NCBI GenBank assembly: GCA_051532035.1 | Contig: JAOPTW010000003.1 | Coordinates: forward strand, 1-19,576 | Direction: 5' to 3' | Source: Fibrobacterales bacterium | GTDB taxonomy: Bacteria > Fibrobacterota > Fibrobacteria > Fibrobacterales > JAOPTW01 | DNA length: 19,576 nt | Shown: piece by piece, positions 18,253-19,576 of the stretch | Position numbering within the stretch: position 1 is the stretch's first letter | How the letters are laid out: every line of letters starts with the position of its first letter | Notes under the pieces: model-generated | Seen by the model: only the letters and a program-made list of their open reading frames with translations | Database searches by the model: none | What the model was told of the DNA's origin: nothing | Position numbers and translations under genes: made by a program

Positions 18253-18269
18253 GACATAGGAATGGGCAG
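18246..18269 (+). repeat. 24-bp direct repeat copy 1 (cassette 5' end)
   Basis: GTTGGTGGACATAGGAATGGGCAG, identical to 19509-19532. Confidence 0.95.
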
Positions 18270-18324
18270 AGTATATATACGAATGGCATGATCGCTATGC
18301 AAGGACGAAAATATTTTTGTGTAC

Positions 18325-18355
18325 GCCCCACCGTCCATGGTGGGGCTATTTTGTT
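18325..18355 (+). terminator. GC-rich hairpin with T-rich tail in cassette leader
   Basis: GCCCCACC-gtccat-GGTGGGGC followed by TATTTTGTT. Confidence 0.45.
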
Positions 18356-18390
18356 ATATTCTGTATAAATTAAAATTATAAGACAGGCAT

Positions 18391-18693
18391 ATGATTGTCA
18401 AACTACTATTCTGGGTGTTATCAGCTTTAACTACAATTTCAATAGTTGGTGTAGGATATTACATAGTTACAGGTTTAATGGAAAATGTATCATATGTTTC
18501 AGAATCATTTTTTGGTGCAGGACTTATAATGATGTATAGCAGTCCAATTTGGGTTTTATATGTAATAGGCTTTTTCATATTTACAACTTTATCCCGATTA
18601 TCCCAAATAGAAATACTGATGTTTAAAGTGTTAATGATATGTCTAATAATTACAGTTACTATTGCAATCCCAGGTGTCTCAGGTGCCTTATAA
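18391..18693 (+). CDS. Cassette-borne hypothetical membrane protein (100 aa, ~3 TM)
   Basis: AT-rich ORF with three hydrophobic stretches. The stop TAA lies inside the R'' box of the following attC-like site. Confidence 0.75.
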   Translation: MIVKLLFWVLSALTTISIVGVGYYIVTGLMENVSYVSESFFGAGLIMMYSSPIWVLYVIGFFIFTTLSRLSQIEILMFKVLMICLIITVTIAIPGVSGAL

Positions 18694-18744
18694 CAAAGCA
18701 TTGGAACGGCATCACAAGTGATCCGCTCAATTAAGGCGTTATAT
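18688..18744 (+). other. attC-like site 1 (57 bp, canonical geometry)
   Basis: R'' TTATAAC, 5-nt spacer, arm ATTG[G]AACGG[C]ATCAC, loop AA, arm GTGATCCGCTCAAT, 6-nt spacer, R' GTTATAT. Two extrahelical bases lie on the left arm. Confidence 0.85.
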
Positions 18745-18762
18745 TGAAAAAGAAAGGAATTT

Positions 18763-19326
18763 ATGAATTCTATAATAACTCTTTATTTGAAAGTTAAACA
18801 TTGGCAAGTTTTCATAATTATTTTTGTGTTACCCTCATTGATTCGACAACTAAATTTTGAAGAATGGATATTGTTTGGGAAAATCAATGTGTCGGAATTG
18901 ATTTCATTCATACCATTGATTTTATTAGTAAGTTGGTTTTACTTTGTAGGTATAGGACTTAAAAGATATGTGCCTAATGAAGTAAGCCTGAAAAGTGGTA
19001 AGTTTAAATTCTTATATGTGTTTACAGTAGTGTATACAGTTATATTTGTTTCATTCTTTTCTTACATATCAGAATACCTTTCATTTTCAAAGTTTTTCAT
19101 AATGTTACCACTTCATATGTTTTCAACGTATTCAATGGTTTATGTTTTATATTATGTCACTAAAATTATTAAAACTTGTGAGCTTAAAAGGGAAGTATAC
19201 TTTCATGAGTTTACAGGTTTATTTTTTGGGATTTGGATGTTTCCAATTGGTATTTGGTTTGCCCAATCAAAAATCAATAAAATTGCTAAAACCACTCACC
19301 TAGATAAAGATTTGAACTCAAAATAG
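18763..19326 (+). CDS. Cassette-borne hypothetical membrane protein (187 aa, ~5 TM)
   Basis: AAGGA RBS right after the attC-like R' box; AT-rich; multiple TM segments; C-terminal FFGIWMFPIGIWFAQSKINK. Confidence 0.85.
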   Translation: MNSIITLYLKVKHWQVFIIIFVLPSLIRQLNFEEWILFGKINVSELISFIPLILLVSWFYFVGIGLKRYVPNEVSLKSGKFKFLYVFTVVYTVIFVSFFSYISEYLSFSKFFIMLPLHMFSTYSMVYVLYYVTKIIKTCELKREVYFHEFTGLFFGIWMFPIGIWFAQSKINKIAKTTHLDKDLNSK

Positions 19327-19436
19327 TTCAGTGGAGTTTGATTTCACTCCAGCATCCCTGCTTACGCTCAGTAAACAAAAATATTTTCTTTTTTCCCAAA
19401 TAGACATCATGCCAAGGTATGCCCATTCCTACGATC

Positions 19437-19515
19437 CACCAACAGCCGAAGCACTCAAGCTTTTTTCTATGCACTGAAGTGCAAAAAGCCTGCGTACGTT
19501 CGCCAAACGTTGGTG
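19437..19515 (+). other. attC-like site 2 (79-bp core with extended outer stem)
   Basis: R'' CACCAAC and R' GTTGGTG are perfectly complementary. Inner arms CGAA..GCTTTTT..GCACT / AGTGC AAAAAGC..TTCG. Complementarity continues outside the core (TGCCCATTCCTA 19420-19431 / TAGGAATGGGCA 19520-19531). Confidence 0.75.
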
Positions 19516-19532
19516 GACATAGGAATGGGCAG
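19509..19532 (+). repeat. 24-bp direct repeat copy 2 (start of next cassette)
   Basis: Identical to 18246-18269. Confidence 0.95.
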
Positions 19533-19576
19533 GGTTATTTATTTGGGGGACTGCATAGTGTGCCCCTTGTCTCAGG

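Larger units (their letters stand above)
16979..19576. mobile_element. Integron-like element: recombinase + attI-like site + cassette array running off the window end
   Basis: The recombinase is divergent from co-oriented short AT-rich ORFs separated by AAC...GTT imperfect palindromes. Confidence 0.75.

Noticed and set aside
18246..19532. 24-bp direct repeats as a CRISPR array or prophage attL/attR
   Set aside because: There are only two copies, 1.26 kb apart, with no cas or phage genes. Identity begins at the GTT of an attC-like hairpin, which fits cassette junctions.

Overview
Bacterial chromosomal window, probably Fibrobacterota (inferred from a TIGR02147-like gene, a FISUMP-domain lipoprotein and Ser-rich lipoprotein linkers). 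Left part (+): a four-gene type I secretion operon with a 5'-truncated TolC-family channel, two ABC exporters and a HlyD adaptor. The first ABC protein has a degenerate ATPase domain fused to three tandem bacteriohemerythrin domains. Middle: a TIGR02147-like gene with a LamG lipoprotein (-), an unannotated 32-codon membrane-peptide ORF with its own promoter, RBS and terminator (-), a membrane class III adenylate cyclase, a Cache-HAMP-PAS hybrid histidine kinase, and a FISUMP lipoprotein with a decapeptide repeat array (+). Right end: an integron-like locus. A tyrosine recombinase that appears to lack the IntI-specific insertion is divergent from an attI-like GTT site, AT-rich cassette genes and two structurally different attC-like hairpins. 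The first cassette unit is bracketed by ~75-bp imperfect inverted repeats, and a 24-bp cassette-start sequence recurs exactly at the next cassette. All family calls come from motif recognition by eye; no database searches were run.
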